Made by a program: the position numbers and the translations under genes. The notes under the pieces are model-generated. The model had not been told where the DNA came from and ran no database searches. It worked only from the letters and a program-made list of their open reading frames with translations. A stretch of 64,000 nt of DNA, taken from positions 2,912,001 to 2,976,000 of the forward strand of contig OY730476.1 in the NCBI GenBank assembly GCA_963422735.1. Direction: 5' to 3'. Below are positions 48,723 to 58,886 of the stretch, in pieces; positions within the stretch are counted from its first letter, which is position 1; each line of letters starts with the position of its first letter. The DNA is from Candidatus Latescibacterota bacterium. Its GTDB lineage: Bacteria > Latescibacterota > UBA2968 > UBA8231.

Positions 48723-49526
48723 CTATTCGGCCCGGGCGACCCAATGGCGGAGCAAGGGCTGAACAGGGGCGGGCAACTCGGCGAAAACACCGACCGGTAG
48801 CGGCGGCACGGCGTTTTCCTTAATGCCGGTTTCTTCGGACAGGCGGCGGCGCTCGTCGGAGCCGGGACGCAGGACTTCGACATTGAGCCACCAAGGGGCG
48901 TAGCGCACGACTATACAGGTGCGGGGTTGGGGCGAGCGGTTGGGTGCTGTCGCGTGCCACAGGCGGCTGTCGAGTACCAGCACGCTGCCGGCTGGACTGC
49001 AGGCGTTTACTTCCGTGGGATAAGGGGCCAGCGGATCGACGCCATTGTCGCCGGTGGGATTGTTCGGGGATCGGTGGCTACCGGGGACGAGGAGGGTACC
49101 GCCGTTTTCCTCGGTGAAAGGTGCCAGCATCCACAAGGTGGTCAAGTGGACCGTCACATCGGGATACGGCGCGGGGATGTAGCCGGCGTTGCTCTGGTTA
49201 AAGGGCCAGTCGGCGTGCCAGCCGCCGCGCTCGTTGCCTGGGTGGTTGATCGTGCCGGTAGTGAAGGAGATGCGCGGATGCGGCCCTAGCATCGCGCTGA
49301 CCAAGGCGAGGAGATTTTCATCAGCAAGAAAAGGCGCAAAAGACTGGTCGAAATTGATCATGCCCGGTAGATGGCCGATGCCGGGTGGAGCTACGGGATT
49401 GCGGTGCGCCGCGACCGTGGCCTCGACGCTGCCGCGCACATGCTCAATCTGGTCGGCTGGAATGATGCCTTCGAGCACGCACCAGCCGTTTATTTTTAGG
49501 TGCTGAAGCAGTAGTTCTAATTGCAT
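48723..49526 (-). CDS. Phytanoyl-CoA dioxygenase (PhyH) family protein
   Basis: WHADWP (HxD), GGTLLVPGSH, DSRLWHA and R motif. Confidence 0.9.
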   Translation of the reverse strand: MQLELLLQHLKINGWCVLEGIIPADQIEHVRGSVEATVAAHRNPVAPPGIGHLPGMINFDQSFAPFLADENLLALVSAMLGPHPRISFTTGTINHPGNERGGWHADWPFNQSNAGYIPAPYPDVTVHLTTLWMLAPFTEENGGTLLVPGSHRSPNNPTGDNGVDPLAPYPTEVNACSPAGSVLVLDSRLWHATAPNRSPQPRTCIVVRYAPWWLNVEVLRPGSDERRRLSEETGIKENAVPPLPVGVFAELPAPVQPLLRHWVARAE

Positions 49527-49681
49527 AAGCTCGCTCCTTGTCATCGGTTATAATAATAGAATAGACTTTTGTCGGGGCGGCAATGGACATTCGTAGCAAG
49601 AAGGTCGCTTGACAGTGAAAGGGTGGTCGTGGAATTTGGAGCCGGTGTAGAGCGAATGCTACTTTTTTTGGGGACCGGCGG

Positions 49682-50545
49682 ATGAGTATGGAAGGGACAC
49701 TGCCCCTCTGGTTATTGCTGCCGTTGCTGATGGAATTCGGCTTTGGGCAGTTGTTCAAATGGGCCACGCAACAGCGTTGCTACGCCCCAACCGTGGTATC
49801 AACCAATTATTGGGTCCTAGCTTCCATTCTGCTGCTCTATCTGGGATTCACAGGACAATTGCAAATACCGGCCGCCGCGGTGAAGGTAGGCGCGATCACC
49901 GGCACTGTCTTCATTAGCTCCATGCTGTTGATGACGCGCTTATTGCGGACCTTTCGCGTGGCTTCGGTGTTGACCGCTTTCCGCTTGGCCATCGTCGTGC
50001 CGGTGGGTCTGGGCGTACTGCTGTGGGACGAGCCGCTGGGCGGCCTCCAACTAGTGGGCTTGGCATTGGCATTGGCGGCCGTTTTGTTGATGTCGCGGCA
50101 CACTGGCCACCAGACCGATGTTTCGCGCTGGATCGCCACCGGGCTGTTGATATTGGTTTTCAGTATCCAAGGGATGAGTACCTCTTGTCTGCGCTGGGTG
50201 CATTACGCCGGCTTGGACGATGCGTATTTACAAGTGCTCATGGTCATCGGCTTTACCGCCGGGACCCTTGGTGCCACCGCGTTGTTATGGGAGGCGCGTC
50301 AGCGCATTCGGCGATTCGATTTGGCGGTGGGGGCCGGCATCGGGGTGTACAATCTGCTCGCCTTAATGGCCGTCTTGATCTCTCTCAAGCACGTGCCGGG
50401 CACGGTATTTTTCCCACTGGTGGGCTGCGGCACCGTCATTTTGGACAATGTGACGGCACCGCTGTTGTGGAAAGAGCCCATCAGTCGAGCGGCCGTTTTA
50501 GGCGTGGGCGCGGGTGTGTTAGCTGTATTCTTGGTAGCTCAATGA
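49682..50545 (+). CDS. EamA/DMT-family transporter
   Basis: About ten TM helices in two repeats; LLWDEPL and LLWKEPI motifs. Confidence 0.8.
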   Translation: MSMEGTLPLWLLLPLLMEFGFGQLFKWATQQRCYAPTVVSTNYWVLASILLLYLGFTGQLQIPAAAVKVGAITGTVFISSMLLMTRLLRTFRVASVLTAFRLAIVVPVGLGVLLWDEPLGGLQLVGLALALAAVLLMSRHTGHQTDVSRWIATGLLILVFSIQGMSTSCLRWVHYAGLDDAYLQVLMVIGFTAGTLGATALLWEARQRIRRFDLAVGAGIGVYNLLALMAVLISLKHVPGTVFFPLVGCGTVILDNVTAPLLWKEPISRAAVLGVGAGVLAVFLVAQ

Positions 50546-50570
50546 AACGAAGCGACGAGGAGTGTGAATT

Positions 50571-51710
50571 GTGAGCAAGCACTATAAGGCCGGAGTTATC
50601 GGGCGCACGGGTGCAGGCGACTACGGCCACGGCCTAGAAACCGTTTACCGAGGCTTGGAGCAAGTGGATTTGGTCGCTGTGGCCGACCCCGATCCCGAGG
50701 GCCGGGCCGCGGCTGGCGAACGCACGGGTGCCCAGCGGCTCTATGCCGATTACCGCCAGATGCTCGCCGAGGAAGATTTGGATCTGGTTAGCGTCTGTCC
50801 GCGGATGCCCGACTGCCACGCCGAGATGGTCATCGCCTGCGCCGAGGCCGGGGTACGAGGCGTGTTTATCGAGAAGCCGCTGGCAGCCTCTCTGCGCGAA
50901 GCCGACGCCCTCTTGGCGACCTGTCAGGAGCGCGGCGTCAAGACCGCGGTGGCACACCGGCGCGCCAATCCCTACGAGCAGTACGGCAAAAAGCTGGTTG
51001 ATGAGGGGGCTATCGGCCAGCTACAAGTGCTGCGCAGCCACGGCAAGTCCGACCACCGGGCCGGATCTCAGGATTTGATGGTCTTGGGCACTCACATGAT
51101 GGACAGTATGCGCTACTTCGCCGGGGCCGAGGTGGCTTGGGCCCACGGACACGTTACGCAGGATGGGCGCGAGGTGACTTTAGAAGATGTGCGGGAAGGG
51201 GACGAGCGCATCGGCTTGATCGCCGGCAACGGGGTGGCGGCGTACTACGCTTTTGAGAATGGGGTGACGGCGCATTTTGAATCGCAACCGGGCTATCCAG
51301 CCACAGGGATCAACAGCCGCTGGTTCGGTTTTGAGGCGCACGGCAGTGAAGGCATTATCGCCCTGCGCAATTCGCCCAACGGCGAGATGTACATCTATCG
51401 CCAAGGTTTGTGGATCCCCGGCGAGGAAAACGGCTCTTGGGAACGGGTGCTGTTGGACGAGTGGGAACAGTACTCGGCGGGCGAGCGTACGCACCAGAGC
51501 AATTTGATTATTGTGCGGGAGTTGATCCAAGCCATTGAGGAGGACCGCCCAGTGCGGGCCTGTTCCAGCGGCGATGACGGGCGAGCGGCGCTGGAAATGA
51601 TCATGGCGGTACACGAGTCGCAGCGGTTGGGTACGCGGGTGTCCTTACCTTTGGCGAACCGGGGGAACCCCTATGAGACTTGGCGGCAGCATGGGGGAAA
51701 GGCGACATAG
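50571..51710 (+). CDS. Gfo/Idh/MocA family oxidoreductase
   Basis: VAVADPD, DLVSVC, FIEKPLA and GTHMMD motifs. Confidence 0.9.
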   Translation: MSKHYKAGVIGRTGAGDYGHGLETVYRGLEQVDLVAVADPDPEGRAAAGERTGAQRLYADYRQMLAEEDLDLVSVCPRMPDCHAEMVIACAEAGVRGVFIEKPLAASLREADALLATCQERGVKTAVAHRRANPYEQYGKKLVDEGAIGQLQVLRSHGKSDHRAGSQDLMVLGTHMMDSMRYFAGAEVAWAHGHVTQDGREVTLEDVREGDERIGLIAGNGVAAYYAFENGVTAHFESQPGYPATGINSRWFGFEAHGSEGIIALRNSPNGEMYIYRQGLWIPGEENGSWERVLLDEWEQYSAGERTHQSNLIIVRELIQAIEEDRPVRACSSGDDGRAALEMIMAVHESQRLGTRVSLPLANRGNPYETWRQHGGKAT

Positions 51711-51980
51711 GGCACTGTGACCCTTGCCAGAAAAATGCATACTAGGCGTGTTAGAACTCAGAAGAACCGTTCTATTTCTATCTATTACAATGGGTTATGT
51801 AAAATGATCCAATCTCTAGGTATTGATTGTGACTGTTCACACAGATACGTACCTCCGGGTCAGATAAGGGCGATTGCCCGAACCAATTGTTCGGGTACAA
51901 AAGCTATACGCACACAGTTAAGTTCGTAGGCTCATAAACTATCTGTGAAGGTATTAGGCAGAGCTTTTAGGAGATGTCAA

Positions 51981-52388
51981 ATGAAAGATCAGCTAGATAG
52001 CGTGAGATGTTTTCATGAGGTATTCCAAGGCTATATAGAGCGCATTCCTACGGCAAAGGTGCCGGCGGAGATAAGCGAAGGGCGTATCAAGATTTTTTTG
52101 GAGGAGCTAGCAGAGTATCGAGCGGCCGTAAATAACCAAGACATAGTCGAGATCGCAGACGCCCTTACAGACATGCTTTACGTACTGCTGGGTACGTTCA
52201 TTACTCATGGTCTGCAGGACATTGCTGGAGAACTTTTTAATGAAGTCCACCGAAGCAACATGAGCAAGCTAGACGAGCAGGGTAAGCCGATATTCAGAAA
52301 GGACGGCAAAGTGTTGAAGTCAGATCAGTTTTCAGATCCGGATTTGCGCTCGATCATAGCGAAAATTGGTCAAGTTGAGTCAGGATGA
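51981..52388 (+). CDS. All-alpha NTP pyrophosphohydrolase (MazG/PRA-PH-like)
   Basis: EELAEY, EIADALTDMLYV, EVHRSNMSKL and DGKVLK motifs. Confidence 0.88.
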   Translation: MKDQLDSVRCFHEVFQGYIERIPTAKVPAEISEGRIKIFLEELAEYRAAVNNQDIVEIADALTDMLYVLLGTFITHGLQDIAGELFNEVHRSNMSKLDEQGKPIFRKDGKVLKSDQFSDPDLRSIIAKIGQVESG

Positions 52389-52750
52389 ATGACTTGATCT
52401 CACTCCATTAGTGGCTACCAGCGTATAAAAGCGTGGTTCGGGTACTAGAGGAAATGGATTGTCCCTAACAGTATGATGCTACTCACAATGATTGATGATT
52501 CCTACAGTTCGGAATGGAATTATTGCATGGGAGAATAGGAGCCTTCGTATGCCGATAGATATCGGTTGGCTAGTAAAAAACGCACGAGAGTGGGATGCCC
52601 GCTGATTGGTGATTGACTTCACAGTATGGAGATTCTGTGAAATGAAGATCGCAGAAGATAAAATTCAAAAAAATATAAAATCACTGTTTATGGTGTGCAT
52701 TGTATTTCAGCTCCTTGAAGAATTTTGCCGTGAAAGGAGCGTGTCGTCAG

Positions 52751-52837
52751 CGTGTAACACGACCGTGAGCGGCTCGGCGCATTCGCGCCTCCGCTCAACT
52801 GCCTTCGACAGTTCGCGCACGATGGGAACGTTACACG
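52751..52837. repeat. attC-like imperfect palindrome 1
   Basis: CGTGTAAC...GTTACACG perfect terminal inverted repeat with internal stem TGAGCGG/CCGCTCA. Confidence 0.5.
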
Positions 52838-52899
52838 AAAACCGTGGCCGGGCTATATTTCTTCTGTGATAGACGAATCTGAGCAACTCAATCGTTAGC

Positions 52900-53490
52900 A
52901 TGGCAAGGCAACCTCTACAAGTGATCGTGATACCGTTCAGGGAGAGTGAGAATGTCGGATACCAGTTTGCCGTCTTTCATCGGGCGGATGACTCTATATG
53001 GCAGTTCATTGCAGGTGGTGCTGAAGGCGACGAGACGACAGAGCAAACCGCACGGCGTGAGGCGGAAGAGGAAGCAGGCATTCCAGATGGGACACGTTTC
53101 TTTTGGCTGGATTCTCGTGCATCCGTCCCAAAGACGGCATTCTCACCAACAGAACACTGGCCCAAGGACATCTTGGTCGTACCTGAATACTCATTTGCTG
53201 TTGATGTAAGTGGTCAAGAACTTGATTTGTCCCATGAACATGACAAGGTGAGCTGGTTGTCTTTTAAGGAAGCCGCGAGGCTACTCACATGGGAAAGCAA
53301 CCGAATCGCACTCTGGGAACTTAACGAACGTCTGAATACCGACCAGATTGACGAGCTTCTGGCTATGGATGACGGGTCGTCCACCCGGCCACGGCAGAAA
53401 GTCGCGCTTCGGTCAGCAATCAACGGTCGCCGCAATGAACCAACGGCTCTTCGAGGACCAAGGAAGCAGGAATCCCTTTTCGCTGGTTGA
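52900..53490 (+). CDS. NUDIX hydrolase (NudB/dATP pyrophosphohydrolase-like); C-terminus runs into a GNAT remnant
   Basis: WQFIAGGAEGDETTEQTARREAEEEAG Nudix box; LSHEH and WESNR motifs. Confidence 0.85.
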   Translation: MARQPLQVIVIPFRESENVGYQFAVFHRADDSIWQFIAGGAEGDETTEQTARREAEEEAGIPDGTRFFWLDSRASVPKTAFSPTEHWPKDILVVPEYSFAVDVSGQELDLSHEHDKVSWLSFKEAARLLTWESNRIALWELNERLNTDQIDELLAMDDGSSTRPRQKVALRSAINGRRNEPTALRGPRKQESLFAG

Positions 53491-53822
53491 GTAGCAGCAA
53501 TGGCTTAAGGCTTGGTTGGATAGCGACGAATGGGAGGTAGTCCTGTTCATATATCCCAACGGGGTCATACTTAGGCTACGCGGTCTACAGAGTTCAGGGC
53601 GGTTATTACTATCCAGACCAAGAAGTCGTTTACCTCCGTCAGTTCTTAATTGATTGGACCCATCGTGGACAAGGCGTAGGCAGCGCGGCTTACCAACTCT
53701 TGTCGAACAAGCGATTTCTCGGGAGAGATGTTTCGTTGGACGTGTTAGCTACTAACCCAAGAGGGAAACACTTCTGGCAAAAGTTAGGCTTCGAGGAGTA
53801 TTTCGCGTCGATGAAGAACTGA
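53395..53822 (+). pseudogene. GNAT acetyltransferase remnant
   Basis: MNQRLFEDQGSRNPFSL, LRQFLID..HRGQGVG and LDVLATNPRGKHFWQKLGF in shifting frames with an internal stop. Confidence 0.7.
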
Positions 53823-53834
53823 CGGAGCCAAATC

Positions 53835-53907
53835 CTGTAACAACGCACGTTTGCCGCACGCCGCCCTGTTGGCGGTTTGGCCTCCGGCAATCGGTGGAGC
53901 GTTATAT
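53835..53907. repeat. attC-like imperfect palindrome 2
   Basis: CTGTAAC...GTTATAT ends; CACG-TTTGCCG pairs with CGGCAATCGGTG (one extra base); central CCGCC/GGCGG hairpin; lies between the stop at 53822 and the ATG at 53925. Confidence 0.55.
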
Positions 53908-53924
53908 GCAATGCATGAGAAATT

Positions 53925-54353
53925 ATGACTTCAAATCCATCTGTTCGGCTAGCTGAAAATTCGGATCGCAACTCGGTATTTCGTCTTGCCAAGGACTTCG
54001 CCTCCTCATTCGAGGTGGAGAGACAAGAGTTCGATGTCGTCTTTGATCGGATTCAGCATGAGGATTCGATCTGGCTTGGGGTAGCAGAGTCCGATGCGGA
54101 GATCATTGGGTATCTTCTGGGATTAGACCATTGCACGTTTTTCGTAAATGGTCGAGTTGCTTGGATTGAAGAAGTAGCGGTACATCAAGATTGGCGACGA
54201 CGCGGGGTAGGCCGCGCTTTGACCACCGCTTTCGAAAACTGGACGATCAATCGTGGTGCGAAACTTATAGCACTTGCGACGCGTCGCGCTGCGAAGTTCT
54301 ATCAGTCGCTGGGTTACGAGGAATCAGCTACGTACTTTCGGAAGTTAACATAG
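53925..54353 (+). CDS. GNAT family N-acetyltransferase
   Basis: WIEEVAVHQDWRRRGVGRAL and FYQSLGY motifs. Confidence 0.88.
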   Translation: MTSNPSVRLAENSDRNSVFRLAKDFASSFEVERQEFDVVFDRIQHEDSIWLGVAESDAEIIGYLLGLDHCTFFVNGRVAWIEEVAVHQDWRRRGVGRALTTAFENWTINRGAKLIALATRRAAKFYQSLGYEESATYFRKLT

Positions 54354-54626
54354 TTCAAGAGAGTACTGTAATAGCACGTTCTTGCGCTGCACCGCCTGCG
54401 GCGTTCGTCCGATTACTTCCCCGGCGTGTGGTCCTCGACCTTTGGCATTATCTACTGCTCGCCGATAAGGATGGGAAGGGCACCTGTTGAGTTCATGGTT
54501 CGGTCCTTTTTTGTCGCAATGTGGTCACCGGCGAATTGAGATGGGGCGCGAATCCGGCTGGCAGTGCAAATGGCCGGGCAATCCCAGAACGACGATCACT
54601 TCGGCTGTCCTCATCCCCGCCACCAA

Positions 54627-56115
54627 TCAGCGAAGCATCATGAACGTTGATAATGGCAAACTGACGATCCGCGGATCGTCCACCGTGCCAGAATTATCTT
54701 GCGTCACGAGAATTCCGAACGGCGCATTATTTACGGACTTTTCCAAAAACGAGCGCAAACCCAACGTATCTCGGAATGGATCTATGCGTCTCTGGTATTT
54801 GATTTCTACCGGGATACGCACGCTGCCGACCGTCAACACAAAGTCAACTTCCTGGTCCGTACCTCTTTCGGGGAAGTGAGCAATGTCCAAGCCGTGAATT
54901 GTTGACGCAACCGACCCGAAAATACTCTCCGCCAAATGACCAGCCAACGTCGTGAGTTCGGGGTGCTGCTTTAGGTCGTCTGGTACAAGGGGAATATGTT
55001 CTTGCAGCCAACTGGCTCTGAGCCCGTGGTCCACTAGGCAAAGTTTCGGACTGCCTCGTCTTCGCTTGAGGCGAATTTCCAGCGGTGGAATAAGGCGCAA
55101 TAAGAGCGTATCCCCAAGGAACTTCAGATAGTGAGTAACGCGCTGGGAGCCAATGTTCGCCCCCAGTGAGAATCGTGCTTCTTCCGCCAAATTGGCTATC
55201 CTCGGGGTCTGACCGGCATAGCGGCAAACCAGCCGGAACAATTCTTCCAAGAGATTTTTATCTCGCTTCCGCCCCCGCTCGCCGATTCTCAAATCGTGCT
55301 GAATGACCCTTTTGATGACCGTCTCGTTGAGATGATCGGCCAATTGAGAGAATTCCGCCTCTTTCTCGCGATGGACGATGGGATAGCCACCGCGCTCCGA
55401 AAAATGAACGAATGCCTCTGCGCGAAATTCTCCATGTTCAATCCCGTGTTCGCGCAAGCCATGCCAAAAGTCCTTGTCCAACAGATTCGCCAGACCATTA
55501 TCTCTGAGAAAAGGTGCTGGCGTCGCAAAGCCGCGTAGCGCACCAATTTCAGTGAGCGAAAGGACCCCTGCTTCGATCGTATTGATTCGACCGGCGAGAC
55601 TGTCGCGTCCCAATTCGATGCGCAGTGCCGAGCTGCCGGTGACGACCACTTTGACGGAAGCGTTATCAACCAACGACTTGAGTTGCACATCCCAACCATC
55701 GAGGTTTTGAATCTCGTCAAAAAACAAGTAGGCCGTTGCGCCAGCTTGAGCTAACGCATTGAACCGCTTTGGGGTAATGCGCCGTTCAAACCAATCCGAA
55801 ATGCGCAAGATCGGTTCCTGCAACTTGGTCAAGGTCCTAAGATCGTCGAACTGGACGCGAAGAGTCCGTCTCGGATCCACGCCCTCTTCGAGCAAGTCTT
55901 GAATGATTTGAAACTGCGCCGTGGTCTTGCCGATTTGGCGCGGTCCTCGGACGACAACAATCGGCGCGATATTGGCATCCAAACGTCGGCGCATCTGCGC
56001 CACCAAATGCCGTCTCGCCGGTGGCTTCTTCCCACCACGGATTGAATCGCCGCAAACTATCGCCAAGAGCCGACGGGAGGCCAGAGTCAACGAAAAACGT
56101 GGGTTGCTCAAGCAT
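54627..56115 (-). pseudogene. AAA_14/DUF4143 ATP-binding protein with frameshift or deletion near the N-terminus
   Basis: RRFNPWWE lies in a different frame from GPRQIGKTT, FFDEIQN, VTGSS, SLAGR, EVDFV and PVEIKY; break near 56030. Confidence 0.75.
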
Positions 56116-56270
56116 GATCCCAATCTTCGTTTGGAGCCAGTACAACTTGCGTACAGTGCACATAATCAAACCGGCACCGTTGTCAACGAGCCGCCACATC
56201 GACGGTAGGGTAACACTTGACGTAACATAGGATGTGAAACAGCTTTCGCGACAGATAACGAGGAGACAAA

Positions 56271-57080
56271 ATGAATAAGCCCAATCACCCTACAACCCCG
56301 CGATTCTCTCGGTCGAGAAGATCTGGGACCGCGGCTCCCACAATGCCTTTACCAATCTGGTGCGCTTCGCCGATCTGTGGTGGTGTACCTTCCGCGAGGC
56401 CCAAAATCACGGAGCGAGCATCGGGACGGTGCGAGTCATTTGCTCAGACGATGGCCGCGCTTGGGAGTCGGCGGCAGTGCTAGCGGAACAGGAGGTGGAC
56501 CTGCGCGATCCCAAGCTGTCGGTCGCCAGCGACGGACGCCTGATACTGATGGCCGGCGGCAGCCTGTACGCAGGCACCCAGTACCGCACCCGTGCGTCGC
56601 GCATTGCCTTTTCAAACGGCGGCTATACGGCTATACGCTATACTTGGACTAAGCCGCAGAAAGTGCTGGCCGAAGACCACTCTGTGGCGCGTCACTTGGC
56701 ACGAGGGAACCGCCTACAGCGTATCGGACTGGGCGAGGGCTCCCATCCGCGCCGGGGGTTCCTCTACTCCAGCACCGAGGGTCTCGACTGGCGGTGGATC
56801 ACCGATCGGGACCAGCCAATCTCCGTACACAGACTGGCAGTGGACCCAGATCGGCGAGCAGATAGGAGGACCTAATTTTATCCGCTAGTCGGATAGTGCT
56901 CGCGGGCGGCATCCCGACAGCGGCGCGGCCATGGTCCACGCCGACCCGTTATGAGCCGGTGCTATGGCTACCCAGCGGCGACTGTAGCTACCCCGGCATG
57001 GTCGAACACGAGGGCTTGCTGCTATTCGTCGCACGAGGGAAAAACCAGTATTTATCTGGCGCGAAACGCAGTCTAGACAG
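56271..57080 (+). pseudogene. Sialidase-like (BNR/Asp-box) protein, disrupted
   Basis: HNAFTNLVRF, SDDGRAW, DLRDPKL, WRVTW, IGGPNF and GDCSYPG spread over several frames. Confidence 0.72.
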
Positions 57081-57149
57081 ACGCGCCCGCCGCTGGCTCC
57101 GAGCGGCGTCTATCGCATATTACCCGACCCATTCCAACCGCGAGAAGCC

Positions 57150-58886
57150 ATGCCCGACCTAATTGACCCTATCCAATTCGAGGTTATCCGCAACGCCTTA
57201 CTCGAAGCTACCGAGGAGATGGCCGTTGCCCTCCGGCGCAGTGCCTATTCGACCAACATCAAAACCCGCGCCGATTTCTCCTGCGCCTTTTTCGACCGCC
57301 AGTTGCGACCCGTTGCTCAGGCCTTTACCCAGCCAGTACACCTCGGCTCGCTGACGATCCTCACGCCTCGTGCGGTCGCCGAATACGGGCCTGAGAACTT
57401 GCAGGCCGGAGACGCGATCCTCGTCAATGACCCCTATCGCGGCGGAGTCCATCTCAACGACATCACGCTGATTTCGCCCGTCTATTGCGGCGAGGAACTC
57501 TTTGGCTATGTAGCCAATCTGGCCCACCACGTCGATGTCGGAGGTGGTGCGCCCGCTAGCATTGGCGCCTTTCAGCAGGTGTATCAGGAGGGCATCATCA
57601 TTCCCCCGGTAAAGCTGGTGTGCGCTGGAGAAATCGCGGCCGATGTCTTTGAGTTGGTCATTGCCCAGATCCGCTCCAAGCGCGAGACTCGAGGCGACTT
57701 TCGCGCCCAAGTGGCGGCCAATAATTCGGGGATTCGCCGGCTCAACGCCCTCGTCGAGCAGGTGGGGTTGGCACAGGTGTCTTTCTACATGGATCGGCTC
57801 ATCGACTACACTAGGGAGCGGACGCTATCCGAGCTGGCCAAGTTGCCCAAGGGAGAGTTCACCGCCACAGGCGTCGTCGATAACGACGGCTTTACCGACG
57901 AGCCGGTGCGGCTCGAGGTCCGCATCGTCATTGACGAAACGGGCGTACTCTTCGACCTAACCGGGTGCGATCCGCAGCGCCGGGCACCGGTCAATTCCAC
58001 CTACTCCCAGACCTTTGCGGCCTGCGCCTACGTGCTCAAGTGTCTGATGGATCAAGACGTGCCGGTCAACGCTGGATTTTACAAGCAGGTGCGGCTCGTG
58101 GCTCCCGAGGGAACGGTCGTCAACTGCACGGCACCTTCGCCGGTGGTTGGGGGCTGGGAGACCCAGGTGCGGCTGACCGATGTCCTGCTCAGGGCACTGC
58201 ATCCGGCACTGCCCGACAAGATACCGGCCGCGACCAAGGGGACGATGTGCCAAGTAGGGTTCGGCGGCACCGACCCGCGCACTGGGCAGCTTTATTCCTA
58301 CTACGAGACGATGGCCGGCGGCTATGGGGGGCGCAGTACCAAGGACGGGCCGGACGCTGTGCAGTGCCACGGTCAAAACACCGAGAACGCGCCGATTGAG
58401 GAGATAGAAATAAACTACCCGTTGCGGATTGATCGCTACGAGCTGATAGAGGACTCGGAGGGAGCTGGGCAGTATCGCGGGGGCTTGGGGCTGCGGCGCG
58501 ACTACCGATTTGTCGATCACGAAGTGTCCTTTACCGTTCTGTCGGATCGGGACCGCTGGGGGCCGGAAGGGCTGGCCGGGGGGCAAGCCGGGGGCAAGGC
58601 TCGGTACATCCTCGACCCCGAGGGCCAGCACGTCGAATTGGGCTCTAAGACAACGATCGCGCTGGCGGCCAATACGGTCTTTAGCTATCGCACTTGCGGC
58701 GGCGGCGGCCACGGGCCATCCCATCAGCGCGATCCCCAAGCGGTGGCCGAAGATGTGCGCGAGGGCAAGGTGAGCGCGGAGCGGGCGCGGGCCGCGTATG
58801 GGGTGGTCATCGACAGCACCACCGGGCAGGTCGATCCGGCGGCGACCAAGGCACGGCGGCGGGAGATGATAGACAATGGCCTATAG
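57150..58886 (+). CDS. Hydantoinase B/oxoprolinase family protein
   Basis: DFSCA, PVHLGS, NDPYRGGVHLND, HHVDVGG, GAGQYRGG and GGGGHG motifs. Confidence 0.93.
   Translation: MPDLIDPIQFEVIRNALLEATEEMAVALRRSAYSTNIKTRADFSCAFFDRQLRPVAQAFTQPVHLGSLTILTPRAVAEYGPENLQAGDAILVNDPYRGGVHLNDITLISPVYCGEELFGYVANLAHHVDVGGGAPASIGAFQQVYQEGIIIPPVKLVCAGEIAADVFELVIAQIRSKRETRGDFRAQVAANNSGIRRLNALVEQVGLAQVSFYMDRLIDYTRERTLSELAKLPKGEFTATGVVDNDGFTDEPVRLEVRIVIDETGVLFDLTGCDPQRRAPVNSTYSQTFAACAYVLKCLMDQDVPVNAGFYKQVRLVAPEGTVVNCTAPSPVVGGWETQVRLTDVLLRALHPALPDKIPAATKGTMCQVGFGGTDPRTGQLYSYYETMAGGYGGRSTKDGPDAVQCHGQNTENAPIEEIEINYPLRIDRYELIEDSEGAGQYRGGLGLRRDYRFVDHEVSFTVLSDRDRWGPEGLAGGQAGGKARYILDPEGQHVELGSKTTIALAANTVFSYRTCGGGGHGPSHQRDPQAVAEDVREGKVSAERARAAYGVVIDSTTGQVDPAATKARRREMIDNGL

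Noticed and set aside
51830-51880. tRNA fragment or att site at the left edge of the lower-GC block
   Set aside because: No convincing T-arm and no matching direct repeat found
56621-56644. GGCTATAC short tandem repeat as a phase-variation tract
   Set aside because: Only about three imperfect units inside an already multiply broken gene
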